From NCBI GenBank assembly GCA_045576855.1, contig JAZNHG010000035.1, forward strand, positions 1,855 to 65,854: a stretch of DNA of 64,000 nt, written 5' to 3'. The position numbers and the translations under genes were made by a program. Of the stretch, positions 53,751 through 62,707 are shown one piece after another (positions within the stretch are counted from its first letter, which is position 1; each line of letters starts with the position of its first letter). This DNA is from Bacteroidales bacterium. GTDB lineage: Bacteria > Bacteroidota > Bacteroidia > Bacteroidales > P3. Under the pieces are notes generated by a model that saw only the letters and a list, made by a program, of their open reading frames with translations, made no database searches and was not told where the DNA came from.

Positions 53751-55655
53751 TCAAGCTTCCGCCAATACAACCGCCTCTTCCCATTCCTCCATCTTGCGCT
53801 CCAACTGCTGTTTGAGTTGCTGATATTCGTCGTAGAAAGTTGCATCTTGAGGCAATCCCTCCGCCAACAGCGCATCTTTTGCGGCAATCTGATTCTCCAA
53901 TTCTTCTATCTCTTTTTCTTTCTGAGCCACAGCATTCTGTAACTTCCGTCGCTCGCGCTCGCGCTCTTTACCCTCTTCATAAGCAACCTTACTCGCAGTT
54001 TTTGTCGTATTCACTGGAGTAGCCGTAGGTATAGATGCAGTCAAGCCTGCCTGATATTTCTCCAGAAACTCCATGATATCACACTTGAATTCACGCACGC
54101 CACCGTCACGGAACTCATACAACTCATTGGTAAGCCCACTCAAAAAGTCGCGGTCGTGACTAACCACAATCAGGGTTCCCGTGTACTGCAACAAGGCATT
54201 CTTCAGCACATCTTTACTATTCATGTCCAGATGGTTAGTGGGCTCGTCAAGTATCAATAGATTGCTGGGCGTAAGCAACAATTTCGCCAATGCCAGGCGA
54301 GCCTTCTCTCCTCCACTGAGCACCTTCACCTTCTTGTCGATATCATCCTCGTCAAACAGAAAACTCCCCAGTATTGTGCGTATCTTGGGGCGAATATCAC
54401 CTAGTGCTATGTCATCAATCGTTTCAAAGACTGTCTTATTTGGATTAAGCATAGTCGCTTGATTCTGAGCATAATACCCCAGTACCATACCCTGCCCTAG
54501 GCGGAAACTGCCAGTATAGTCGCGAATCTCGCCCACAATCACTTTAGCCATAGTCGACTTACCCTCTCCATTACGCCCCACAAATGCAACCTTTCGTCCA
54601 GCCGTGAGCAACATATCAACTCCGTCAAATACTTGATGGTCACCAAAAGCCTTACCCAAATGTTGCGCTTCTACTACTATCTTTCCACTATGTGGGGCTG
54701 GGGGAAACTGGAAATGAATACTATCCGTACTCACCTCGTCAACCGTGATTTTATCCATGCGTTCCAACATCTTCACCCTGCTTTGCACCTGCTTAGCCTT
54801 AGTTGCTTTGTAGCGGAAGCGTTCAATAAAAGCCTCTATCTGCGCCACTTGACGCTGTTGATTGGTCAACTGCGCCATCTGGCTGGCGCGGCGTTCTTGC
54901 ATCTGCACCACATACTCCGAATAGGGACACTTGTAATCATAGATGCGACCAGCAGTTATTTCTATAGTCCGTTTGGTAATATTATCCAAAAAGGTACGGT
55001 CGTGACTCACCAACACCACTGCGCCGGGATAGCCTTGCAGATAGTTCTCCAACCACTGTATCGACTCTATATCCAGGTGATTGGTGGGTTCGTCCAACAA
55101 AAGGAAATCCGGATGGCTCAACAGCAACTTGGCCAGTTCCACACGCATTTGCCAGCCTCCGCTAAACACAGCTGCCGGTCGGTTGAAATCATCATGCCGG
55201 AAGCCCAGACCGAGCAATACTTTCTCGGCAGCCTCGCGTCGCCGGCCACTCCCCAGCATAGCCAAATGCTCGGTCACCTCATTGTGCCGTTCCAAAAGCC
55301 TTGTATAGTCAGCGCTCTCGTAGTCGCTCCGTTCGGCAATCTCTTGCGTCAAACGTTCCTGCTCTCGTTCCAACTCATCAAGCTGGCTGAAAGCAGTCAT
55401 CGCTTCGTCAATTACCGTACCGATGGCATCGGGTACCATTTCTTGTGGCAGATACCCCACAGTTTGTCCATTGGCAACGACTATGGTTCCTCCTTCAGGT
55501 TCTTGCCATCCACACAGAATCTTCAACAGCGTCGACTTCCCCGCACCATTCATACCCACCAGACCCACACGGTCATGGTCTGCGATATTGAATGTGACAT
55601 TCGAAAACAGATTGGTGCCAGTAAACTGCACCGAAAGATTATTTACACTAATCAT
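53751..55655 (-). CDS. ABC-F family ATPase (two ABC cassettes, no TM domain)
   Basis: Start taken at MISVNNLSVQF. Two Walker A motifs (GMNGAGKST, GRNGEGKST), two LSGG signatures, and a coiled-coil C-terminal extension. Confidence 0.9.
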   Translation of the reverse strand: MISVNNLSVQFTGTNLFSNVTFNIADHDRVGLVGMNGAGKSTLLKILCGWQEPEGGTIVVANGQTVGYLPQEMVPDAIGTVIDEAMTAFSQLDELEREQERLTQEIAERSDYESADYTRLLERHNEVTEHLAMLGSGRRREAAEKVLLGLGFRHDDFNRPAAVFSGGWQMRVELAKLLLSHPDFLLLDEPTNHLDIESIQWLENYLQGYPGAVVLVSHDRTFLDNITKRTIEITAGRIYDYKCPYSEYVVQMQERRASQMAQLTNQQRQVAQIEAFIERFRYKATKAKQVQSRVKMLERMDKITVDEVSTDSIHFQFPPAPHSGKIVVEAQHLGKAFGDHQVFDGVDMLLTAGRKVAFVGRNGEGKSTMAKVIVGEIRDYTGSFRLGQGMVLGYYAQNQATMLNPNKTVFETIDDIALGDIRPKIRTILGSFLFDEDDIDKKVKVLSGGEKARLALAKLLLTPSNLLILDEPTNHLDMNSKDVLKNALLQYTGTLIVVSHDRDFLSGLTNELYEFRDGGVREFKCDIMEFLEKYQAGLTASIPTATPVNTTKTASKVAYEEGKERERERRKLQNAVAQKEKEIEELENQIAAKDALLAEGLPQDATFYDEYQQLKQQLERKMEEWEEAVVLAEA

Positions 55656-55760
55656 GAGTACAACAAATAGAGTCGTAGTGTGACAAAAGAAAACGGTCAA
55701 AGGCTACTGAACACGTCAGCGCCTTTAACCGTCAGGCTTATTACCGCCAAACAGGTTGTA

Positions 55761-56447
55761 TTATTGCAGGTTGAAGCTGACCGGCAGGTTGAACTGCACA
55801 CGCACAGCCTTGCCACGCTGCTTACCGGGAGTCCACTTAGGCATGGTTTTCACCACGCGGATAGCCTCTTGGCCACAGCCGCCGCCAATGTCTTTCAACA
55901 CACGCGGATTGGCAATCGATCCGTCCCTCTCCACCACGAAAGTGACATACACTTTACCGGTGATGTTGTTGTCGCGGGCCAGCGAAGGATACTTAATATT
56001 CTCTCGCAGATATTTGTACAGGGCTTCCATACCGCCAGGGAACTCGGGGTCATTTTCCACGACGGTGAAAATCTGCACATCTTCTTCCTCTTCTTCTTCT
56101 TCAATCTTGACCGGAGTAATCTCGATGTTCTTCGTATCATCGGTCACCTCGGCATTGACGACCAGTTCGGTCTTGATTTCGGCATCATCCTCAACCACCT
56201 CAAACTCGGTGGTCACCTCGGGAGTCTCAGGAGGAGGGGGAGGAGGCAGTTCTTCCGGCTTCGTCTGGATGATAACGTCTTCAATTTCCTCGCTGGCTTG
56301 ACGCTCGACCTGCTCCTTTTCCTCTTTGTCATACGTCTTCACGTTGAAGGCAACCAGTGCAGCCACAAGAATCACCACCAGACCAATCTCCAGATAGAGT
56401 CCTCGACGATTTTCGAGGTCAGCCTTTGGATTTTTCTTCAGTTCCAT
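55761..56447 (-). CDS. tonB: energy transducer TonB
   Basis: 228 aa. N-terminal TM anchor, an acidic/Pro-rich linker (PEELPPPPPPETPE) and the TonB_C motif PEFPGGMEALYKYL.ENI.YP..A....I.GKVYV.FVV..DG. Confidence 0.85.
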   Translation of the reverse strand: MELKKNPKADLENRRGLYLEIGLVVILVAALVAFNVKTYDKEEKEQVERQASEEIEDVIIQTKPEELPPPPPPETPEVTTEFEVVEDDAEIKTELVVNAEVTDDTKNIEITPVKIEEEEEEEDVQIFTVVENDPEFPGGMEALYKYLRENIKYPSLARDNNITGKVYVTFVVERDGSIANPRVLKDIGGGCGQEAIRVVKTMPKWTPGKQRGKAVRVQFNLPVSFNLQ

Positions 56448-56565
56448 ATTTTTGACTTTTAATTATTTATTCTACATTTTACAGGATTTTCAATCCCTCT
56501 TTTCGCACCGCTAAAATACGAAAAAAAACTGAATTACCAACAAGAAAATGTGAAAAACCCATTTT

Positions 56566-59500
56566 TTAACATTTGATAACCTCCCGCACACGGATATCGG
56601 GCAACAGATAAACGAGCCAACCCGACACCCGGGGGTAGCCCATCTCGACCATAGCACGGCAATAGCGGAGCACCTGTCGGTCGTGTTCTTCACCCTGGTC
56701 GCGACCCGTCTTGAAATCAACCACCCAAGTCTCATCAGGGGTTATCACCACACGGTCCGGACGACAAACACCCTCAGCATCACACAGGTCACACTCCGTT
56801 TTAGCCTCGTATTCCGGACGGAAGAAGCGTTCACTATCAGGATGCCTAACCACATTCCGAGCCAACTCTCCCAACTGCGTTCTCATTTCATCATCCAGCT
56901 TCTCCTCATTGGCCAGTTTTACCACAGCATTCTCGACATCGTCGGCATGCCGCACCCTCGACAACAGGTCGTGTGCCATATTGCCCAGGCGCACACTGGC
57001 CTCCTGCATCGGCGACAGCGCCCGCTCAGCAGCCGATGCCACCTGAACTTTCTTGATCCATTCTGCAAACGACAAGCGATTCAACGACACCTCGTTGCGC
57101 CGAGCATCCTCGTCTGTCTGACAGAACGCATGACAGAATCCGGCATCACCCATATCGGGTTTCTTTTCGTCTATATATTGCTGAATTAGCGCCGAGTAAC
57201 TCAACTCACCGGAAGCACTTTTCTTAGGAGTGGGACAAACAACAAACAGTTGTTCTTTGGGACGCGTGAGCGCCACATACAGTACGTTCAGCTGATCCAC
57301 CTCGCTGAGTCTCTTCTCTGCATCACGTACGGAATCAAAGCGAGACATGCTTTTGCGACTCAACTCCACAAAGGCTGCAGGCAGGCGTCCTTCACCGACA
57401 GTCGCCAGTTGGCCGTCCAGGTTCACCCAGAGGCTGAATCCATGCGTATCAGGCGCACCAAAAGGACATATCACCACCGGAGCCTCCAACCCCTTTGCCT
57501 TATGAATAGTAAGCAGTCGCACTGCATCCACGCCTTCGGGACTTGCGGCCGAAAGCTGCTTGTGACGCACATCGCCAGCATCGGCGCTGGCATTGTCGTC
57601 GAACCATTTCAGGAAGTCGGCCACCCCGCCATGCTGCCGCTGCACAAAAGCAGCCACACGGCTCAGAAACGACCCTAGATAAGCGGTGTCGATACCGTCC
57701 AGATGCAGTTCGCGAATCAGCGCCTCACAGCAGTCGTACAGGTCGAGTGCCGCCAGCTCGTCCGGCCTGAAGTCAAACCCGCGGTGTTCATCGCGCAATA
57801 TCCGGGCCACGTCGATAGGTCCTTCTGTGCCATAAGTCTCCGTATGCAGATTTTCTGCCAGTCCCAGATTGACCATTCGCTGCATCAGGTCGGCCGCCGC
57901 AACACGGTCCGACGGGTCGGCCAGCAGCCGCAACGCCGCCACCACCGCCATCACGGCATGGCTGCGCACCAAAAAGAAAGACTCGCTGGAACTCACCTCG
58001 ATACGCAATTCCCCGGGATGCCCCTGCAGATAGGTACTCACATAATCCAGCTCGCGCTTGCTGCGCCCCAGCACCATGATGTCGCTCTGGCGGTAGCCCT
58101 GCTTTGTCACCAGCCGCACGATGGTCTGGCGGATGCATTCTCCCACAGCATCGGAGTCGTCGGAATCCACAAAGCTCACCCCCACATGCCCCACGGCCGG
58201 CACTTTACCGGCGGGCAACTGCTGCCACAACTCGGCATGCCCCTCCTTGTCACGACTTCCCACATAGATTTGCTGTGCCAGCGGATTGCTGGCAAAAGGC
58301 TCACGCTCCATGAGCCAGCTGAAGAATCCGTTGTTGAAATTCACCACACTCGACGCCGTGCGGTAGTTGGTATCCAGCGGATCGAAGCTGTAATTGCCCG
58401 GCAACGCCAGCGTCTGCCCGTGGAGTGGCATACCGTCCACCCGCGGCAGCGCCACAAACTGACGCACGTCGCCCTGACGGAAACGATAGATGGCCTGCTT
58501 GCCATCGCCCACCACCAGCGACTCCATGCGCTGCGACACTCCGTTTTCCAATAGCGGCACCAGATTGTGCCACTGCAATACAGAGGTGTCCTGAAACTCG
58601 TCGATCAGGAAATGATGGTATCGGTTACCCAGGCGCTCATAAATAAACGGCGCAGGTTGCTCAGTGACGATAGCGTTTATCATGCGGTTGAACTCGGAGA
58701 GGTGTACCACGTCGTTCTCCCGCGAATAGAGACGCAACTGCTCAGCCAGTTCGTTGAGCAAAGCCATAGAATAGAGATTCTTGAGCAGCACCGCACGCGT
58801 ATTGTAGTCGCGCAGTGCTCCGCCCTCAGTATACGAGGTGACGTCAGCCACCCCCAACAACTCCCGGGCCTCTTCATACCGTTGCTGCAGCGCGCCTGCC
58901 ATACCGTCGAGAGCGGCCTGCTGCTGCACCGGACACTTGGCGCTGTACAGCTTGCCAGCCTCGAACGCCTTGACCACGGTGGCGGTCAGTGGACGGGGCT
59001 CACCCGTCGACAGCGAACGGAAGAAGCCATAATACCCCCTGCCGCCCCCTGCACAATCGGCCTCGTCCACCCCAGCCTCGCGCAACAAGGTCATGACGGC
59101 GGAACCACAGGCGTGCACCTTCTGTTCGAAGGCCCGGTTCTCCTGCGTCATCTTCTTGTGCAATTCGACGAAATCACTCAGTTTCATCTCCGAAAGCGCC
59201 GAAAGGAAAGGCTCGGTATCTTCCCTGAACAATTGTCCGGCCAAGCTCGTCAACGCCCCTTCCACCCGATAGCTCTTGCTGTCTTCCATCCTACTCTCGG
59301 AGAAGGCCCGCATCACCTCCGTAAGCTCCTCGTGCCCCGGCGTACCCACCAGCGACATCAGCTGCGACACTGCCTGGTTGACCATCTCCTCCTGGTCAAT
59401 CATCACCTCGAAGTTGACCGGTCGGTTCAGGTCGTGGGCAAAGGTGCGGACGATGCGGTGCATGAAGCTGTCTATCGTGCACACCGACAGGTCGCTGAAA

Positions 59501-59901
59501 TGGTGCAACACTGCCGAGCGCACCATCTCGGCCATCCAGCGCAAATCGCTCTCGTCCAGCGGACGCCGCTGGTAACAGGGCTGCTGGTTCAGCGCTTCGA
59601 GCAGCGGGGCTCCCATGCGCGACCACTCGGGGTCGGCACCGTAGCGGGCCATCTGCTCCAGATAGTCCATGATACGGCCCTTCATCTCGCCTGCAGCCTT
59701 GTTGGTGAAGGTGATGGCCAGTATGCCGCGGAAGCGGGTCCGCAGCGCACGACGGAAGTCCTCGTTCTGCCGGTCGAACGGCATGCCCGGCACCGTCATG
59801 GCCAGCTTCAGATACACCTTCACCAGGGTGAACGTCTTGCCGCTGCCGGCGGCAGCACGACATATAACAAACGGATTCAGTGTATTCTGCGCATTATCCA
59901 T
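56566..59901 (-). CDS. UvrD/PcrA-type helicase fused to a C-terminal PD-(D/E)XK nuclease (AddA/RecB-like)
   Basis: Start taken at MDNAQNTLNPFVICRAAAGSGKTFTLV (Walker A), preceded by a TACCTTTG -7 box. Motifs FLIDEFQDTS, TIHKAKGLE, and a C-terminal CRPDRVV...VVDFKTG nuclease motif. Confidence 0.85.
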   Translation of the reverse strand: MDNAQNTLNPFVICRAAAGSGKTFTLVKVYLKLAMTVPGMPFDRQNEDFRRALRTRFRGILAITFTNKAAGEMKGRIMDYLEQMARYGADPEWSRMGAPLLEALNQQPCYQRRPLDESDLRWMAEMVRSAVLHHFSDLSVCTIDSFMHRIVRTFAHDLNRPVNFEVMIDQEEMVNQAVSQLMSLVGTPGHEELTEVMRAFSESRMEDSKSYRVEGALTSLAGQLFREDTEPFLSALSEMKLSDFVELHKKMTQENRAFEQKVHACGSAVMTLLREAGVDEADCAGGGRGYYGFFRSLSTGEPRPLTATVVKAFEAGKLYSAKCPVQQQAALDGMAGALQQRYEEARELLGVADVTSYTEGGALRDYNTRAVLLKNLYSMALLNELAEQLRLYSRENDVVHLSEFNRMINAIVTEQPAPFIYERLGNRYHHFLIDEFQDTSVLQWHNLVPLLENGVSQRMESLVVGDGKQAIYRFRQGDVRQFVALPRVDGMPLHGQTLALPGNYSFDPLDTNYRTASSVVNFNNGFFSWLMEREPFASNPLAQQIYVGSRDKEGHAELWQQLPAGKVPAVGHVGVSFVDSDDSDAVGECIRQTIVRLVTKQGYRQSDIMVLGRSKRELDYVSTYLQGHPGELRIEVSSSESFFLVRSHAVMAVVAALRLLADPSDRVAAADLMQRMVNLGLAENLHTETYGTEGPIDVARILRDEHRGFDFRPDELAALDLYDCCEALIRELHLDGIDTAYLGSFLSRVAAFVQRQHGGVADFLKWFDDNASADAGDVRHKQLSAASPEGVDAVRLLTIHKAKGLEAPVVICPFGAPDTHGFSLWVNLDGQLATVGEGRLPAAFVELSRKSMSRFDSVRDAEKRLSEVDQLNVLYVALTRPKEQLFVVCPTPKKSASGELSYSALIQQYIDEKKPDMGDAGFCHAFCQTDEDARRNEVSLNRLSFAEWIKKVQVASAAERALSPMQEASVRLGNMAHDLLSRVRHADDVENAVVKLANEEKLDDEMRTQLGELARNVVRHPDSERFFRPEYEAKTECDLCDAEGVCRPDRVVITPDETWVVDFKTGRDQGEEHDRQVLRYCRAMVEMGYPRVSGWLVYLLPDIRVREVIKC

Positions 59902-60013
59902 AGCGAGCGTTTTGAGTGCAAAGGTACACATTTTTCCCGAAACACACAAGTAGTCGCCGCTACAACTGCCGCAATAATTGCCCCACATTGCGCATGGCTG
60001 TCCGGCACATTTC

Positions 60014-60068
60014 AACCATCGTTTAACCATCGTTCTACCATCCATGATGGTCGAACAATGGTAGAACG
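60014..60068. repeat. 11-bp periodic segment of 5 units containing a perfect 11-bp inverted repeat, in the ACCATC/GATGGT family
   Basis: aaccatcgttt aaccatcgttc taccatccatg atggtcgaaca atggtagaacg. cgttctaccat (60031-60041) is the complement of atggtagaacg (60058-60068). Confidence 0.85.
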
Positions 60069-60255
60069 ATAGACGTACAACAGTCGAAAAGAGTGCGGAT
60101 GCACCAAGCTGTATGACGGCAAACCGGAGCCAAACGCCACCGAAACGACCACCAAACGGCGCGCCTGTGGCGCGGCCCTGCCGCCTCACCCCCCTGCCGA
60201 CAGCCGCCCGGCAAAGCGGACCGGCATCGGAAAAATCCCGGAACCGCACTAAATA

Positions 60256-60287
60256 ATTTGATACAATAATATTTTTTCGTATCTTTG
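60256..60287 (+). promoter_or_regulatory. candidate promoter of the mutase small-subunit operon (-33 TTTG, 20-bp spacer, -7 TATCTTTG)
   Basis: aaTTTGatacaataatattttttcgTATCTTTGc. The -7 box ends 36 nt before ATG 60324. Confidence 0.5.
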
Positions 60288-60323
60288 CTTTTTCAAGACG
60301 AAAAGAACAAACGATACAATATA

Positions 60324-62189
60324 ATGGAAAACAACAAATTATTCAGCGAATTCCCGCCCGTTTCGACCGAAAAATGGGAAGAGGTAATCAACAAAGACCT
60401 CAAGGGAGCCGACTACGACAAGAAACTGGTATGGCACACCATCGAAGGCTTCAACGTGCGCCCCTACTATCGAGCCGAGAACCTCGAAGGGCTGGACTAT
60501 CTGGAGTCGAACCCCGGCGAGAAGCCCTACACCCGCGGCCACCAGAAGGGCGGCAACGAGTGGGAGGTGCGCCAGGACATTCACGTGCCCGACATGGCCG
60601 AAGCCAACCGCATAGCCCTCGATGCCGTGGAGCGCGGTGCCACCGCCCTCGGCCTCTGCGCCAAGCAGGTCTCGTCCGTCGACGACTTGGCAGTCCTGCT
60701 CAAAGGCATCTATATCAATGCCGTGAGCATCAACTTCATGTGCTCGCAGGACTACCTGCAGCTCCTCAAACTCTATGTTGAATATGCCCGTCGCGAAGGC
60801 TACGACACCAAGGAACTCCGCGGCTCTACCGACTTCGACCCCTTCCGCTATGCGCTGCATCATGGACGGTTCCACCGTGGCGAGGAAGGCGACCTGCAGA
60901 TGGCCCGCCAGCTGGTAGAATATGCCCACGAGGAGCTGCCCGGCTTCCGCGTGCTGACGGTGAACAGCGTCGTGCTGCACAATGCCGGCGCCAACATCGT
61001 CCAGGAGCTCGGCTTCGGCCTGGCCGCCGCCAACGAGCTGGTTGCTCGCCTGACCGATATGGGCTGCAAGATGGAGCACGCCGGCCGCTCTATCGTGCTC
61101 AACGTGGGTGTGGGCAGCACCTACTTCATGGAGATTGCCAAGATACGCGCCGCCCGTCTGCTCTGGAGCAAGATAGTGGAACAGTACAAGCCCGAGTGCG
61201 ACTGCCCCTACAAACTCTTCATCAACGCCACCACCAGCCGCTGGAACCAGTCGGTCTACGACCCCTACGTCAACATGCTGCGCAGCACCACCGAAGCCAT
61301 GTCCTCGGCCGTGGCCGGTGCCGACTCCATATCGGTGCTGCCCTTCGACAACGCCTACAAGCAAGCCGACGACTTCGGCTACCGCATTGCCCGCAACCAG
61401 CAGTTGCTCCTCAAGGAGGAGAGCTACCTCGACAAGATTGTCGACCCCGCCGCCGGCAGTTACTATATCGAAAACCTCACCGACAAGATAGCCCAGGGCG
61501 CCTGGCAGCACTTCCTGAAAGTGGAAGAAGCCGGCGGCTTCTGCAAGGCCATCCGCCAGGGTCTGGTGCAGGACGAGGTGATGGAGACCGCCCGCAAGCG
61601 CGACCTCGACATCGCCACCCGCAAGACCACCATCCTCGGCACCAACCAGTATCCCAACCTGCTGGAGCAGATGGGCGACAAGGTGGGCGCAGAAACCCAC
61701 AAGGGCTGCTGTTGCCACTGCGCCGAGCAGGGCAACGAGGTGAAGGTGCTGCACGACTATCGCGGCGCCGAGCCCTTCGAGCAGCTGCGTCTGCAGACCG
61801 AGCATGCCGCTCATCGCCCCAAGGTGTTCCTGCTCACCTACGGCAACCTCACCATGCGCAAGGCTCGCTCCGGCTTCGCCACCAACTTCTTCGGCGTGGC
61901 CGGCTATGAGATTATCGACAACCCCGGCTTCGCCACCCCCGAGGAGGGCGCCAAGGCCGCCCTCGAAAGCGGCGCCGAGGTGGTGGTGCTCTGCTCCAGC
62001 GACGACGAATATGCCGAGCTGACCGAGCCCGCCTGCAAGCTCCTCAAGGGCAAGGTGAAGAGCATCGTCCTCGCCGGCTTCCCCAAGGAGATGGTGGACA
62101 CCTACCGCGGCTATGGCGTCGACGAGTTCATCCACGTCAAGACAAACGCCCTGCAGTGTTTACAGGAATTCCAGAAAAAACTTCTGTAA
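60324..62189 (+). CDS. mutA: methylmalonyl-CoA mutase small (beta) subunit
   Basis: Start taken at MENNKLFSEFPP.S.E.W. It has a mutase barrel-like region and a C-terminal Rossmann-like VVVLCSSDDEY without the DxHxxG cobalamin-ligand motif, as expected for the non-catalytic subunit. Confidence 0.8.
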   Translation: MENNKLFSEFPPVSTEKWEEVINKDLKGADYDKKLVWHTIEGFNVRPYYRAENLEGLDYLESNPGEKPYTRGHQKGGNEWEVRQDIHVPDMAEANRIALDAVERGATALGLCAKQVSSVDDLAVLLKGIYINAVSINFMCSQDYLQLLKLYVEYARREGYDTKELRGSTDFDPFRYALHHGRFHRGEEGDLQMARQLVEYAHEELPGFRVLTVNSVVLHNAGANIVQELGFGLAAANELVARLTDMGCKMEHAGRSIVLNVGVGSTYFMEIAKIRAARLLWSKIVEQYKPECDCPYKLFINATTSRWNQSVYDPYVNMLRSTTEAMSSAVAGADSISVLPFDNAYKQADDFGYRIARNQQLLLKEESYLDKIVDPAAGSYYIENLTDKIAQGAWQHFLKVEEAGGFCKAIRQGLVQDEVMETARKRDLDIATRKTTILGTNQYPNLLEQMGDKVGAETHKGCCCHCAEQGNEVKVLHDYRGAEPFEQLRLQTEHAAHRPKVFLLTYGNLTMRKARSGFATNFFGVAGYEIIDNPGFATPEEGAKAALESGAEVVVLCSSDDEYAELTEPACKLLKGKVKSIVLAGFPKEMVDTYRGYGVDEFIHVKTNALQCLQEFQKKLL

Positions 62190-62199
62190 ACACATGCAA

Positions 62200-62232
62200 G
62201 TGTTCAGTGTTTAGTGTTCAGTGTTCAGTTTA
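62200..62232 (+). repeat. 7-bp tandem array GTGTTCA, 4 units plus a partial one
   Basis: gtgttca gtgttta gtgttca gtgttca gttta. It starts 11 nt after the mutA stop and ends 19 nt before ATG 62251. Confidence 0.95.
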
Positions 62233-62250
62233 GCATAGCGTAAAACAATC

Positions 62251-62622
62251 ATGGGAGAAAGCGTATTAAGCGAAAAGAGCTTTGATTTTGCTTTATCAAT
62301 CGTGAACACCTATAAGACATTACGCGAGCAGGGGGAATATGTATTGTCGAAACAGATGCTACGTTCGGGGACAAGTATAGGCGCAAACGTAGCTGAAGCG
62401 AATATGGCACAGACCCTTGCTGATTTCTCTTCCAAAATGTATATTGCCCTGAAAGAAGCAAACGAAACGTCATACTGGCTAAAACTACTGGGAAGGGCCG
62501 GATATTTGAACCAAGCCGAATCCAACGAACTGACAGAAAAATGTCATGAGTTATTGAGAATGCTAATAGCAACCACAAAGAAAACTGCACCGCGTCAGCA
62601 AAAACCAAACACTGAACACTAA
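62251..62622 (+). CDS. four-helix-bundle protein of the 23S rRNA intervening-sequence protein / Avd-like family (TIGR02436/PF05635-like)
   Basis: 123 aa. S..FA..I......L.......L..Q.LRSGTSIGANV.EA.......DF..K..IALKEA.ET.YWL.LL is the hallmark pattern of this family. Confidence 0.8.
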   Translation: MGESVLSEKSFDFALSIVNTYKTLREQGEYVLSKQMLRSGTSIGANVAEANMAQTLADFSSKMYIALKEANETSYWLKLLGRAGYLNQAESNELTEKCHELLRMLIATTKKTAPRQQKPNTEH

Positions 62623-62705
62623 ACACTGAACACTGAACACTGAACACTGAACACTGAACACTGAACACTAAACACTAAACACTGAACACTAAACACTGAA
62701 CACTA
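62608..62705 (+). repeat. 7-bp tandem array AACACTG/AACACTA, 14 units, the reverse complement of the upstream GTGTTCA array
   Basis: Units in register from 62608 to 62705. The array starts inside the last 4 codons of the four-helix-bundle ORF and ends 2 nt before the TTG start of the next gene. Confidence 0.95.
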
Positions 62706-62707
62706 AA

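Noticed and set aside
59902-60249. A 116-aa N-terminal extension of the helicase-nuclease ORF.
   Set aside because: The Walker A motif lies 20 residues after the Met at 59901, as in UvrD-family proteins. A TACCTTTG -7 box sits just upstream at 59919-59926. The extension covers the divergent promoter region and the 11-mer palindromic segment.
62251-62622. The four-helix-bundle protein as the Avd component of a diversity-generating retroelement.
   Set aside because: There is no reverse transcriptase gene and no template/variable repeat pair anywhere in the window. The flanking repeats are simple heptamer arrays, not TR/VR.
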